From Octopus bimaculoides (taxonomy: Eukaryota), in contig NC_068986.1 of the NCBI RefSeq assembly GCF_001194135.2, positions 27,338,945 through 27,373,288 of the forward strand: 34,344 bases of DNA, read 5' to 3'. The notes below the pieces were generated by a model. The model saw only the letters and a list, made by a program, of their open reading frames with translations. It was not told the origin of the DNA and ran no database searches. The position numbers and the translations under genes are program-made. Positions 10,965-21,691 of this stretch are shown piece after piece; within the stretch, counting starts at the first letter, position 1, and the number at the start of each line of letters is the position of its first letter.

Positions 10965-11135
10965 TATCATCATTGTCATAATTTTACATCCACTATGTAT
11001 GTTGGCATAGTTCAAGGCAGGACATTGCTGCTCTATTTGATGGGTTGAAGGACCGAACCTCACTTTTCAGCTTCATTTTTTTTTTTTTTTGGTTCAGTTT
11101 CTATTGCTGGATGTCCTTTCTGACACCAACTACTT
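10965..11135 (-). mobile_element. Family C retroposon 3' end, antisense
   Basis: TTTCTATTGCTGGATGTCCTTTCTGACACC (about 11098-11127) is the reverse complement counterpart of GTTAGAAAGGGCACCCAGCTATAGAA. The copy begins with CATCAT. Confidence 0.6.
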
Positions 11136-13588
11136 CTTTTCCATAATATGAGAGGCCATCTTTCTCATGGTTGAGATGCAAGTCTGTTGCAGGTAACATA
11201 ACTCCAGTTGGACTGGAATAAGTTCTTTTGTTATGAAAGTAAGAAATTGAAACATTGTGTCCTGCACTGATATACAATAAAATGGTTGAAATAAGATATA
11301 AAAACCAAGGCTCTCATGATGCGCTCAGGAACACTTATGAATCACTGATGACTTTTCTATGGTGCATGATGACCAGTTTCACTTCTCGGGATTGGTTCTG
11401 TTAAGACTTTGCAACTTCTTTGTAGACCCATGTTCAAATTCTTAACAACCATGTTGATTTTTTGTGGATCACTGTCAAGTGTTCCTGAGCTGTTGGTCTG
11501 CATAATCTAAACTGATTGGAATTATTTGATATCGCAATCACCGACAAGTTCTTCCAGGAATAGTTTGAAAATAAATCTGATGATTATTTGAAAAGTTGCT
11601 ACTATGTCATTCCAATTTGATCGTAGCGTTGAAATTGATCAGCTTCTGAAATATTATTTTCTATTTTTTTTTTCTTTTTCTTTTCCAAACTTTGAAAGAA
11701 TATCAAATATGTTCCCTTTTAGTTGCTTCTTGTTGTTGTTGTTATTTATTTTTATTTTTATTATTGAATTTAATGGTTGCAGTTGCTTCTTCACTTTATT
11801 GCTGATGATGAAAGAGAAAGAAAGGTGTTGTTAGTGTCTATCTTCAAAGGTAAAAATGCTCAACGAGGGAATGTACATTTTCAATTATAATTCCACAGAC
11901 ACTTTCATTTCAAAGTGAAAATTCTAAGAAAATAAATAAAAATAAGATAAAATTAAAATAAATAAAATTAAAAAATAAATAAGAAAAAAAAATCAAATTA
12001 GAGTAACTTTACAAGTTCTTTGTAGACCATTGAACATTTTTAGAAGCCTCCAAGTTTCCTCTTTAGAATTTTATCTACAATATTATTAATATCATTAACG
12101 TCCATGTTGATAATGAAAGAATATTTTTGTTAGGCTCTTTTTCTGCTTATCTGTTCATTGCTAGGCTGGTTTATTCACTGCGGTACATAATGAAGATGGC
12201 AATGCTTGTTCCCTTCATTTGATTTCCATATGTCTAGAAGGTTGCACTTAAATTTGCAAGTTTTCACTTCATAAAAATGAATAATTTTCGATAATCATCG
12301 AGCATAATAAATCATTTTGTAAAATTCTTATCAATTTCCACCTCCACCTCAGATTAAATTGCTTTCAAAGCCCCATTTACAAGGTCTTGGTAATTTAACT
12401 ATCTATAAATGCTGTGAAATGGGTAGGGTTGGAATTGCGTCAGGTGAAGGAACCAAATAAGAAATCTTTTTTTGTTGTCTTTCAGTTTTCGTTTAGGAAT
12501 TCTGAGAAGCTTTAATGGACTCTGATTTAGTATAGAAATCTGGAAGGGGTCAGGGCTGGTTTCTGGAATGGATCTGAACCAAAACTGAATTTCTATGAAA
12601 TATAGATACATAAAAAAAAAAAAAAAGAATAACTAAGTTAAGTGAAATTAAGAAACAGACCTATTATATTGAGGTAAAAATTGGGGGGTAAAAACGCAAT
12701 GCTGGAAAATATCTTTGGTTTGCAAATTGGTTTTATTTATTNNNNNNNNNNTGCTATTGATTCTCTTACATTTTTGTCTCCCGTGCAACTGTAATTAAAG
12801 GAAGAAGAGAATGTAAAGAAAGAATCCAACTGAATAAAAATACAAAAAAAAAAAAAACGTAGAAATAAAAACAAAAACTAACAACTGGTTTAAAATAAAA
12901 CTAAAGCCACACAGTCTGTTATAAAGAAATCAGTTTATGGAGGAACTTGAATTGAATATTTTGTTGGGTTTTTATTTTATTTGCAATTTTTTAAATATTT
13001 TTTTTTTGGTATTTTTAAACTTTTATTGTCTTCCATATTGTTGTTATTGGTGTTGTTGTCTTTTGACTTGCATGATAAATTTATGCGTTTTATTTCAAAA
13101 ATTTATTATTTAAATTTTTCCTTTTTTTTTTATATTATAAATTAATTTTGCCTTGTTTTATTATCACTTTTGCTTTTTTTTTGTTTTTTGTTTTCGTTTT
13201 TTGGTTATTGTTGTTATCTGGAAACTATTATTTTTCAATAAATCAATTTTATAACTTCCTCGTTGATGTTTAGCAAATACTCCCCCTCTTCCCCTCATTT
13301 TTCAATGACAACTGTAAAATTATTGTAACCATCAAAATTTATTGTTTGACTTGAATTCTGGAGAGAGTGAATCAGGTATGGTGGGGTAGTTTTAAACTAT
13401 TATCAGTTACTTTGATTTAAAATTCACCAAACTTTATTGATGTGCTGTTGATAGATTTTTCATTTTTTATTGGCATATATTGGTGTTTTTTTTTAATACT
13501 TAAAGACCGTATTATTATTATTATTATTATTATTATCAAAATTATTAAAATTGTTATTATTATTGCTGCTGCTGCTGCTGTCATTATT

Positions 13589-13810
13589 AAGGTGGTGAGC
13601 TGGCAAATTTGTTGCCATGTTGGACAAATGCTTAGCAGCATTTCCTCTTGCTCTTTCCATATTGAGCTCTAATCCTGCCAAGGTCAGCTTTATGTCTTAC
13701 CTTTTTGGGGTCAATAAAATAAGTATCAATCAAGTATTGGGGTGGATGTAATTGACTGCCCCCCCCCTTCAAAACTGCTGGTCTTGTGCCAAAATTAGAA
13801 AGAATTATTG
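13589..13810 (+). mobile_element. SINE family B, near full length
   Basis: AAGGTGGTGAGCTGGCA head, TTTTGGGGTCAATAAAATAAGTA core, CTTGTGCCAAAATTAGAAAG end and (ATT)n tail. Confidence 0.8.
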
Positions 13811-13834
13811 CTATTATTATAATTATTATTATTA

Positions 13835-14192
13835 TTGTTACCTCCGCCTTAGCAAAGTTGTGTTCGTTTGTTTGTTTGTTTGTGGACGAGATATCTCAAG
13901 AACTACTGGACGGATTTAGATGAAACTTTCAAGGATATTTGGCCTCATGACTGACATGAACTGATTAGGTTTTTGGGATCGATCTGGTACTGGACAAGGA
14001 TTCTGGAGTATTTTCCCTGTTTTTTTTTACTTACTGTTTGAGAGCGGTCGGGTTCATTTTTAGTATTCTCATTTGTGAGAGCAGCTGAGTTTATTTCAGA
14101 AATTCTCATTTTAAAAAATCATCTTTGGCTAATTGTTGAGAGGATGTTGGTGTTGCCTTGGCAGTGGCTTGCACTCTCTGAGTGCTCTTGTT
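13835..14192 (+). mobile_element. Non-autonomous Helentron-type element (DINE-1/HINE-like rolling-circle family)
   Basis: 5' TTGTTACCTCCGCC, then (GTTT)n and GATATCTCAAGAACTACTGGACGGATTTAGATGAAACTT. 3' GCCTTGGCAGTGG is followed by the hairpin GCACTC-TCT-GAGTGC (14171-14185) and a T-rich end. This is the subterminal IR, microsatellite and 3' stem-loop layout known for HINEs. Confidence 0.7.
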
Positions 14193-14204
14193 GTCATTAA
14201 TATT

Positions 14205-14390
14205 ATTAAAGTAATGAAAATTGTTAGATTGCTAGACTGAATGCTTTTTGTGGTTCATTTTCCTTCCTCTGAATTCTGAGTTCAAATCTCACTGGGATAG
14301 GCTTCACCTTTCATCTGGTAGGAGATGTTATAAGTACTAGTTTTTTCATCAACCAGTTTTTTAGTATTGTGCTAATATAAGAAAACTGTT
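14205..14390 (+). mobile_element. Degenerate SINE family B
   Basis: TTCTGAGTTCAAATCTCACTGGGATAGGCTTCACCTTTCATC..ATAAGTACTAG matches the family B core. Confidence 0.5.
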
Positions 14391-14789
14391 GTCATTGTCG
14401 TCATCTTCATCATTACTACCATTCATTGTTCTTTGGGTATGGTTTTGTGTATATAGTCATCATTGTTGACATGCAACGGTGTATGTATGAACAACTTAGT
14501 GTGCATATATAATATGGTAAATATATCCTCATTAAATTATGGGTATGTCTGTATTTGTGTGGTTAAATTGTTAGTAATATGATGGCAAATTAGTTATTTA
14601 GCAAACCAAAGTGGTGCTACAGTAACATTCAGCCAGTATATTCTATAGTCTTCAAAAATGAATATTCATCTATCAAAACAAAGGCAAAAAAATAATGTAA
14701 TGTGAGAAGTGGCCCCTGGCCCATTCAGGAAAGTAGTACCTCCAAATAAGAACTGTCTCAGACTGTAATGGCCCACCCAATCCATGTTA

Positions 14790-15700
14790 CTATGGCAGGT
14801 TATGGGCCTGTAAGTTTTAACCTTTGCTCTATTTTTAGTCTTGGGGATTAACATTTTTTCTTTCTTGTTTTTTCCTCCCCAGTGATTCAGTTAGAGATTT
14901 TATCTCTACCTCCTTCAGTATTTCTGCTCATGTTTTTAGATATCTCTGTTAAGTATTTTAACAAGAAGTTCAGAATTTACTTGTTTCCTTCTGCTTTTCT
15001 GCTGTTTGTTTCTTTTTGTAGCAACATCCTTGCCATTTCTTGTGGTGACATGACTGTCCATGATTGTTCACATGCTGTGTTTGTTGTTGCAAACTGTGTC
15101 ATCTATTATGAATATTTATACTTCCCTTGTTGCATTGATTTATGTATTTTTTTTTTTATCTTGTTCTTGACAGATATCTTTTAGAATTGAAATCCAACTA
15201 TTCTCTTCAAAGACTTGTTAGCTCTTTTCTTACAGATGAATTCTTTGTAACTTAGTGAGGGTTCTCTTCTTTCAGGTGTTTATTTTTGGGTATTCCTTCT
15301 TTGTTTTGTTATATTTCTTTTGTATTTGTCTCTTTCTGTTTGTTTGTTTTCATTGTTTCTTTTCATTATTGATTTTCATTATGGATTGAGAAATCTATTT
15401 ATTTTCTGTATGTCTGTTTATACTTTGATATTCTTATCTATATAGCTTCTGAGCAAGTATCCACTTTCTTTTGTAACTACCATGGTTGTTCCATATATAA
15501 TTTTGTTTAAACTGGTGATAGTGATGTTTGTATCTGTTTTCATTAAGTCTACAATGGCCAATTTCATGTTTACTATTAATATTACTGTTTTCTTGTTGAG
15601 TTTTATCTTTGGATAGTGCTTTTTTTTGGTCTCTATACGAAGATCTGTTAATTTTCTGTCTTCAGTTTTTTTTTTTCACCTTAAATTATTGTCATTTGCT
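14790..15700 (-). mobile_element. Decayed R4/Dong-clade (RLE) non-LTR retrotransposon ORF fragment
   Basis: Minus-strand peptides appear in the expected order: YPKIKLNKKT..ITSLNKIIYGTTMVVT (15418-15615), then FLLKYLTEI, then MLIPKTKNRAKVKTYRPITC (ends about 14795). These match R4/Dong pre-RT and RT-start motifs (LN.LIYA; LIPK....YRPITC). Many stops and frameshifts. Confidence 0.65.
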
Positions 15701-16080
15701 TGGTATTCAGTTCTAAAATTATATCTAGGTTAGGGTTTTGTTTCTTTTATGAGATGTGGGTGTAACATATCCATGTAGAATAGCAACATGTTTCTATTTG
15801 TTTGCACTTTTCCTGTTTTATATACTCTGTTGAGAATTAAAGTCTGGAACTTATTTACATTGCTATCATTTTTAGTAGATACTGAGTTATTTCTGGAAAT
15901 TTTAAATTTTGGACAATCTATTTTAATGCTACAGATTCATATTTTAATCTAATTGTGCATATTTTAATCTAATTGCTAGGATTTTTATTTGCATTTGTTT
16001 TTTGTATTTTTATTTTGCATGTGGAGAAGACTGAATTAGTCTAATGTTTTCTTAGTTTGTTTAGATGTAGACTTTATTAA

Positions 16081-16122
<42 letters not shown>

Positions 16123-16131
16123 CATTATCAC

Positions 16132-16342
16132 CATGGTAGTGCGTTGGCAGAATCATTAGTGTGTTAGACTAGAAGAAAAGCTGCCAAACATTTTTCTCAG
16201 ATCAAATCCCATTGAAGTCAAATTTCCCTTTCATCCTTTTGAAGCCAATGAAATAAAGTACCAGTTAAGTACTGGTGTTAATGTAACTGACAATCCCCCC
16301 TTCCCTCAAAATTGTTGGCCTTGTATCAAAATTAGAATTATT
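16132..16342 (+). mobile_element. SINE family B downstream of an (ATT)n run
   Basis: TTGGCAGAATCATTAG head, CCTTTCATCCTTTTG..AAAGTACCAGTTAAGTACTGG core, GGCCTTGTATCAAAATTAGAA end. Confidence 0.7.
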
Positions 16343-16650
16343 GTTATATTTCAAAATATTGATCTCTAGAGGCTTCTTTCTTTGTTCCTCATGTTCGGTC
16401 ATAATGATTCTTGATCATCTGAAATCTTTGCCATGAAGTAACCCCATGGAATAGCTTTGTTAATGGTTTATCTAGTATCTTGAAAATAACACAAACATTT
16501 TAGAATCAAACAATGTATATAAATGTTAGAGATAAGTTATTTTTGATACGATTATAATGTTTCTAATCATCATTTCTTTCAAGATGACTTTTTTTTTTAT
16601 AATTACATTTACATTGCATTTCAATTGGTCATCATAAAGTTATCCTATTA

Positions 16651-16739
16651 CAAAGAATAAGTCCTGGGGTCGATTTGCTCGACTTAAGGCGGTGCTCCAG
16701 CATGGCCACAGTCAAATGACTGAAACAAGTAAAAGAGTA
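16651..16739 (+). mobile_element. Well-preserved 3' terminal fragment of SINE family A
   Basis: CAAAGAATAAGTCCTGGGGTCGATTTGCTCGACTTAAGGCGGTGCTCCAGCATGGCCACAGTCAAATGACTGAAACAAGTAAAAGAG, with CpGs intact (5'-truncated insertion). Confidence 0.85.
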
Positions 16740-17766
16740 TTATTGAATATGTACATAACACCAACCGGAATTTGGACTCGAAACGATTATTTCTGAATTA
16801 AGAGTTGTAATGCATGCTATCATCCATACCACTGATACTATGTACTTATCCAGGAATACAATACCTGATGGTGACTGGAGATGACACTGATTGAAATGTA
16901 GTTTAGATGTAATTATTAAAATATGTTTCATTTCTAAAGATCAGGTTAATAATTACCCAAAATTATTGTTTTACAAAAGTGAATTAAATTTTGTGAGAGA
17001 TCAGATTTACCAGTTAAATTCCAATTAAAAATTTGGAGTTGCTCTTCCTTTTATTTGATGAACGAATATTAAAAAAAAAGGCCTTACTTTAAGAAACAAC
17101 CTATTATTACTAGTGCTTCCTGTTTCAGCAATTTGGTGTATACTAAACCTCAAGAACTAATCAGTTAATGAAAGTGTACTTGGCAGCAAACGAAGGAAAA
17201 TATATCTGCTTTTGAAATAGTTAAGCACCAAATAATTAGCTAGACAGAGTAAACAGCTAGTATAGTGTTTCTTATAAATCAAATCTTTATACAATTTAGC
17301 TGATTTGATTGTTTTAGCAGATATCTAAATTCTACAGGTTAGCAAAATGTTAAATAGATTTGTGCTGAAACTTAAGACCAGCAATTGCATGCTAGCTGTT
17401 GACTTTGATATAAATGTCATGTTGTAATTGTGTTTCAACCATCAGGAGATCAAACTATATATTGTACACTTAGATACATAATTAAGTAGCATGGCAATAC
17501 TTCACTTTTCTTCAGAGAAAATGCTATGTAAAATCCAGATGGAACAACATGCTACCTTCCTCTCATTCCTTCCCCACTCTCTTTTTCTCTTTATTTCTTT
17601 TACTGTCCTTATCTATGTTGATGATGATGGTGATGATAATAGTAAATGTTAAAAGACTACACAAATTATTACACTTTTCTCTCTTCTATTTGTACTTGCT
17701 CTTTTGAGCCTTTTTATTTCTTGTAATGTGTATGTATGCTCACACACTTAAATGTACAGTGCAAGC

Positions 17767-17805
<39 letters not shown>

Positions 17806-18089
17806 CACGCTCACACTTACACACACAAACATGCACACATGCATACACAAACATCACAGAATCATTCTCAATGTTATAGCCTCCATAGAAACTGATGTGG
17901 GTATTTAGAGAGAAGATAATCTTACATTGATAATGTGTATTTACTTTTTGAGAAAGGATAGACCAATTATGTTATCAGCAGCCTTGTCATAAATGTTTAA
18001 CATGTGCCCATAGTCTAAATTATGTTCACTATTACTACTGGCATGTGCACATGTGTACATGCTCTCACACTCACACTCTCGTGAGTATA

Positions 18090-18144
18090 TATAGAGATGT
18101 GTGTGTGTATACATATTGTATATATATATATATACAAACATGTT

Positions 18145-18206
<62 letters not shown>

Positions 18207-18264
18207 AACACATGTTTGTGTGTGTGTGTGTGTGTATATATTTATATATAAGATGTATATATAT
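18090..18264. repeat. Self-complementary (TG)n-(TA)n-(CA)n compound microsatellite abutting the large gap
   Basis: Directly visible. It includes the perfect palindrome ACAAACATGTTTGT. Confidence 0.9.
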
Positions 18265-19118
18265 NNNNNNNNNNNNNNNNNNNNNNNNNNNNNNNNNNNN
18301 NNNNNNNNNNNNNNNNNNNNNNNNNNNNNNNNNNNNNNNNNNNNNNNNNNNNNNNNNNNNNNNNNNNNNNNNNNNNNNNNNNNNNNNNNNNNNNNNNNNN
18401 NNNNNNNNNNNNNNNNNNNNNNNNNNNNNNNNNNNNNNNNNNNNNNNNNNNNNNNNNNNNNNNNNNNNNNNNNNNNNNNNNNNNNNNNNNNNNNNNNNNN
18501 NNNNNNNNNNNNNNNNNNNNNNNNNNNNNNNNNNNNNNNNNNNNNNNNNNNNNNNNNNNNNNNNNNNNNNNNNNNNNNNNNNNNNNNNNNNNNNNNNNNN
18601 NNNNNNNNNNNNNNNNNNNNNNNNNNNNNNNNNNNNNNNNNNNNNNNNNNNNNNNNNNNNNNNNNNNNNNNNNNNNNNNNNNNNNNNNNNNNNNNNNNNN
18701 NNNNNNNNNNNNNNNNNNNNNNNNNNNNNNNNNNNNNNNNNNNNNNNNNNNNNNNNNNNNNNNNNNNNNNNNNNNNNNNNNNNNNNNNNNNNNNNNNNNN
18801 NNNNNNNNNNNNNNNNNNNNNNNNNNNNNNNNNNNNNNNNNNNNNNNNNNNNNNNNNNNNNNNNNNNNNNNNNNNNNNNNNNNNNNNNNNNNNNNNNNNN
18901 NNNNNNNNNNNNNNNNNNNNNNNNNNNNNNNNNNNNNNNNNNNNNNNNNNNNNNNNNNNNNNNNNNNNNNNNNNNNNNNNNNNNNNNNNNNNNNNNNNNN
19001 NNNNNNNNNNNNNNNNNNNNNNNNNNNNNNNNNNNNNNNNNNNNNNNNNNNNNNNNNNNNNNNNNNNNNNNNNNNNNNNNNNNNNNNNNNNNNNNNNNNN
19101 NNNNNNNNNNNNNNNNNN
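18265..19118. other. Assembly gap (N run). Other gaps: 4492-4639, 12742-12751, 25632-25736, 32847-32958, 33569-33578
   Basis: N characters in the sequence. Confidence 1.
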
Positions 19119-19158
19119 CACCACCACCACCACCACCACCACCATCACCACCACCACA
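19119..19158. repeat. (CAC)n trinucleotide repeat
   Basis: Directly visible. Confidence 0.95.
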
Positions 19159-19212
19159 CATAATACAGAGCAATGTAAATTCACTTGCTATTACTTCAAA
19201 TACACCTTTCAG

Positions 19213-19251
19213 TCATGGGGACTCCTACGGTTTGTCACTTTGCTGGAAATG
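19213..19251 (+). CDS. Candidate 39-nt symmetric micro-exon (frame unknown)
   Basis: Acceptor TACACCTTTCAG and donor ATG|GTAATT. All three frames are open (SWGLLRFVTLLEM / HGDSYGLSLCWK / MGTPTVCHFAGN). Confidence 0.15.
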
Positions 19252-19504
19252 GTAATTGACGATCATTCTCGTTATTCTTACTTGTACGGAATATCTCCTG
19301 TGTGCTGAAGAACTTATCAAATAGAGATGCACACAGTGTGAGCTGTACTAATTTAAGAAATGCCAAGGTACAATTCTGCTAGCCTCTGGCTCAAATGATC
19401 TATCTATCTCTATGCTGGCTGTGCATTATCTTTTCCTCACGCCTGTAATTTCTCATTCTAATAATCTTCCTCTAATAATTAGCTTAACATCTTGTTGCAG
19501 CAAT

Positions 19505-19510
19505 AGTGGC

Positions 19511-19543
<33 letters not shown>

Positions 19544-19590
19544 GGCAGTGGGAGTAGCAGCAGCAGCAGCAGCAGTAGTGGTGGTGGTAT
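19505..19590. repeat. Compound (GTT)n-(GCA)n-(GGT)n trinucleotide repeat
   Basis: Directly visible. Confidence 0.95.
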
Positions 19591-19969
19591 TGGTTTGAGT
19601 TCTATTTGAAGGTGTCAGTTCGGATAATGGTTTGAAAGGATCTGCAGAGCAGGCTTCTCAATAGAAATTATTTTGATTTTTCAATTAACTTTCTTCTATT
19701 ATATGCTGTATTATAAAATGACTCTGATCTGTCTCTGTCTGTCTGTCTGTCTGTCTGTCTCTTTCTCCCCCCCTCTCCTTCTCCCTTGTCTCTTTATTCT
19801 CTATTTGTTTCCCTGTTTATCTTCATCTGTCTTTTACTCTCTCATACATACACACTTTTCATTTCTTTCTACAACTGTCCTCCAAATTCTCTCTTTTGCA
19901 CCCCTCTCTTTCTCATCTTTTTCTTTGATCCTTCCCACATGATTGCTTCATACTTTTCTACAATAGACA

Positions 19970-19970
<1 letters not shown>

Positions 19971-20032
<62 letters not shown>

Positions 20033-20058
20033 CTCTCTCTACCTCTCTCTCTCTCTCT
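19971..20058. repeat. (CT)n microsatellite
   Basis: Directly visible. Confidence 0.95.
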
Positions 20059-20124
20059 ATTTCTCATCTCTTATCCACTCCTCTCTATCTCTGTCATCCA
20101 TCATCCCTCACCACTCTCTTGTCT

Positions 20125-20326
20125 GCTCTCTCTTCTCCAAACTCTCTCTCTCTTCTTCAAACTTTCTCTCTCTTCTTCAAACTTTCTCTCTCTTCTCCAA
20201 ACTCTCTCTCTCTCCTCCAAACTTTCTCTCTCTCCTCCAAACTTTCTCTCTCTCCTCCAAACTCTCTCTTTCTCTCTCTCCTCCAAACTCTCTCTCCTCC
20301 AAACTCTCTCTTTCTCTCCTCCAAAC
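20125..20326. repeat. 20-bp minisatellite (CTCTCTCT(C/T)CTCCAAACT(T/C)T-like), 10 units
   Basis: The CAAAC anchor recurs at 20138, 20158, 20178, 20198, 20218, 20238, 20258, 20284, 20300 and 20322. Confidence 0.9.
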
Positions 20327-21469
20327 ACTACACTCAGCATGCAATCATACTCACATCTCCCTTTCTCTCTCTCCCTCCTCCCATACCTTACTCCACTCCC
20401 ATCCACTCCACTTCTCTGCTTTAAGTAATATTGCTAAATTGTCTCCATATTTCAATGATTCCTTCCTATTGTTACTTTCTCTGAAAGCCACTGTCTAAGC
20501 ATTGAACAACAACAACATCGACAACAATGAAAACTCAAGTGACCACACCTTATTGAATTCTGCTGTCTTGTTAATGGTCATCACTTCTTGCAGGAATGGT
20601 TTATTACACTCTTCTATGTCACTAACACGTCACTCAACTTCTCGTTCCTTCCAGTTAGCTAATATCTCTGCATTACCATTCTTTCCACATCCATTATTGT
20701 GGTTTCTATTGTTGTACTAAGCTTAATGTGTGTGTGTGTGTGTGTGTCAGTTTGTGCATGCATGTGTAGGTGTGTGTGTGTGTGTGTGTGTGCATGCAGG
20801 CATGCACACTTGTTCATATCTATGTATGCATGTCTGTGTTTGTGTTCATGTGTGTGTTGGCATACCTTATTTGTGTACATGTACATCTTTATGTCTATGT
20901 GTGTATTTATGTATGAGTATGTGTGCTTGTGTCCATGTATGTGTAGGTGTGTGTTCATCTTAAGAGTTTACTTTGCATTGTACTTATCATAACATAAATA
21001 GTAAATTGAATAAGGGCTGTACAGCAAAACCCAACCATTATGGAAACCAGAGATTGACCCTAAATCTGCTACTGTCAAGAATCATGAAATGTATATGCTT
21101 CTTCGAGCTCCCAGAGGCTCACAAGAGTTAATATTTAGTTTTGTTTTAAAGGTGCTAAGTGGCAGAGAATTTTTTTTTCTTTGGGAGATGTCAGTTTATT
21201 AATAAAAAAATTAAAAAAAAGAAATCCCCAAATGGTCCAATATCTGTTTCAAGCTATGAAATAAGGCTTGTATATTTGAATATTTTGTAGTGAATTTGAA
21301 CTCAAACCGTCTTGTAATGCATGTCAAATATTATATCTATTTAGCATTTCCTACATCATGGTTTAGTTAGCCAGGGCATGAAATAAATGTTTGGTTGTTT
21401 CTGGCATCATACTGCTTAAACTCTTGGAGTTACACGAATGATATCAAACCTGAGGAATGTCTATGTGGT

Positions 21470-21640
21470 TGCCAAGCCTTCTAGTAATAGCAGCCAAATC
21501 TCTCTCAACTCGAGCCCCATCTTAAACAAAGAAGGACACATTTTGATAATGTTGTCATATATTCCCTTTGATAGCTGGGATGGTCATGGCTGAATAATAA
21601 TAGGTTTGCTCAATCACTGAATCATTACCTGAGGCTACTT
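21470..21640 (+). mobile_element. Decayed interspersed repeat (second copy antisense at about 24175-24235)
   Basis: ATAGGTTTGCTCAATCA..ACCTGAGGCTA resembles the reverse complement of 24175-24235 (ATAAGTCTACTCAATGCAGGCTGACCCAGGCTAAACAACAAC). Confidence 0.35.
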
Positions 21641-21691
21641 TGATGAATAATTCCTACTTTTGGCTGTTTTTGTCAGTGTTGTAATGTCAAA

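Noticed and set aside
12165-12550. AG/GT-bounded segments (AGLFTAVHNEDGNAC.., IKLLSKPHLQGLGNL..)
   Set aside because: Weak donors, implausibly short intervening introns and no recognisable protein, consistent with chance.
17941-19308. 380-410 aa ORFs on both strands
   Set aside because: Mostly X from the 854-nt gap plus simple repeats.
20125-20326. Regularly spaced repeats suggestive of a CRISPR array
   Set aside because: The units are contiguous with no unique spacers, there are no cas genes, and the context is eukaryotic.
19786-20424. 212-aa Leu/Ser-rich ORF and the antisense Arg/Glu-rich ORF
   Set aside because: They are translations of (CT)n and the 20-bp minisatellite, with no splice or start support.
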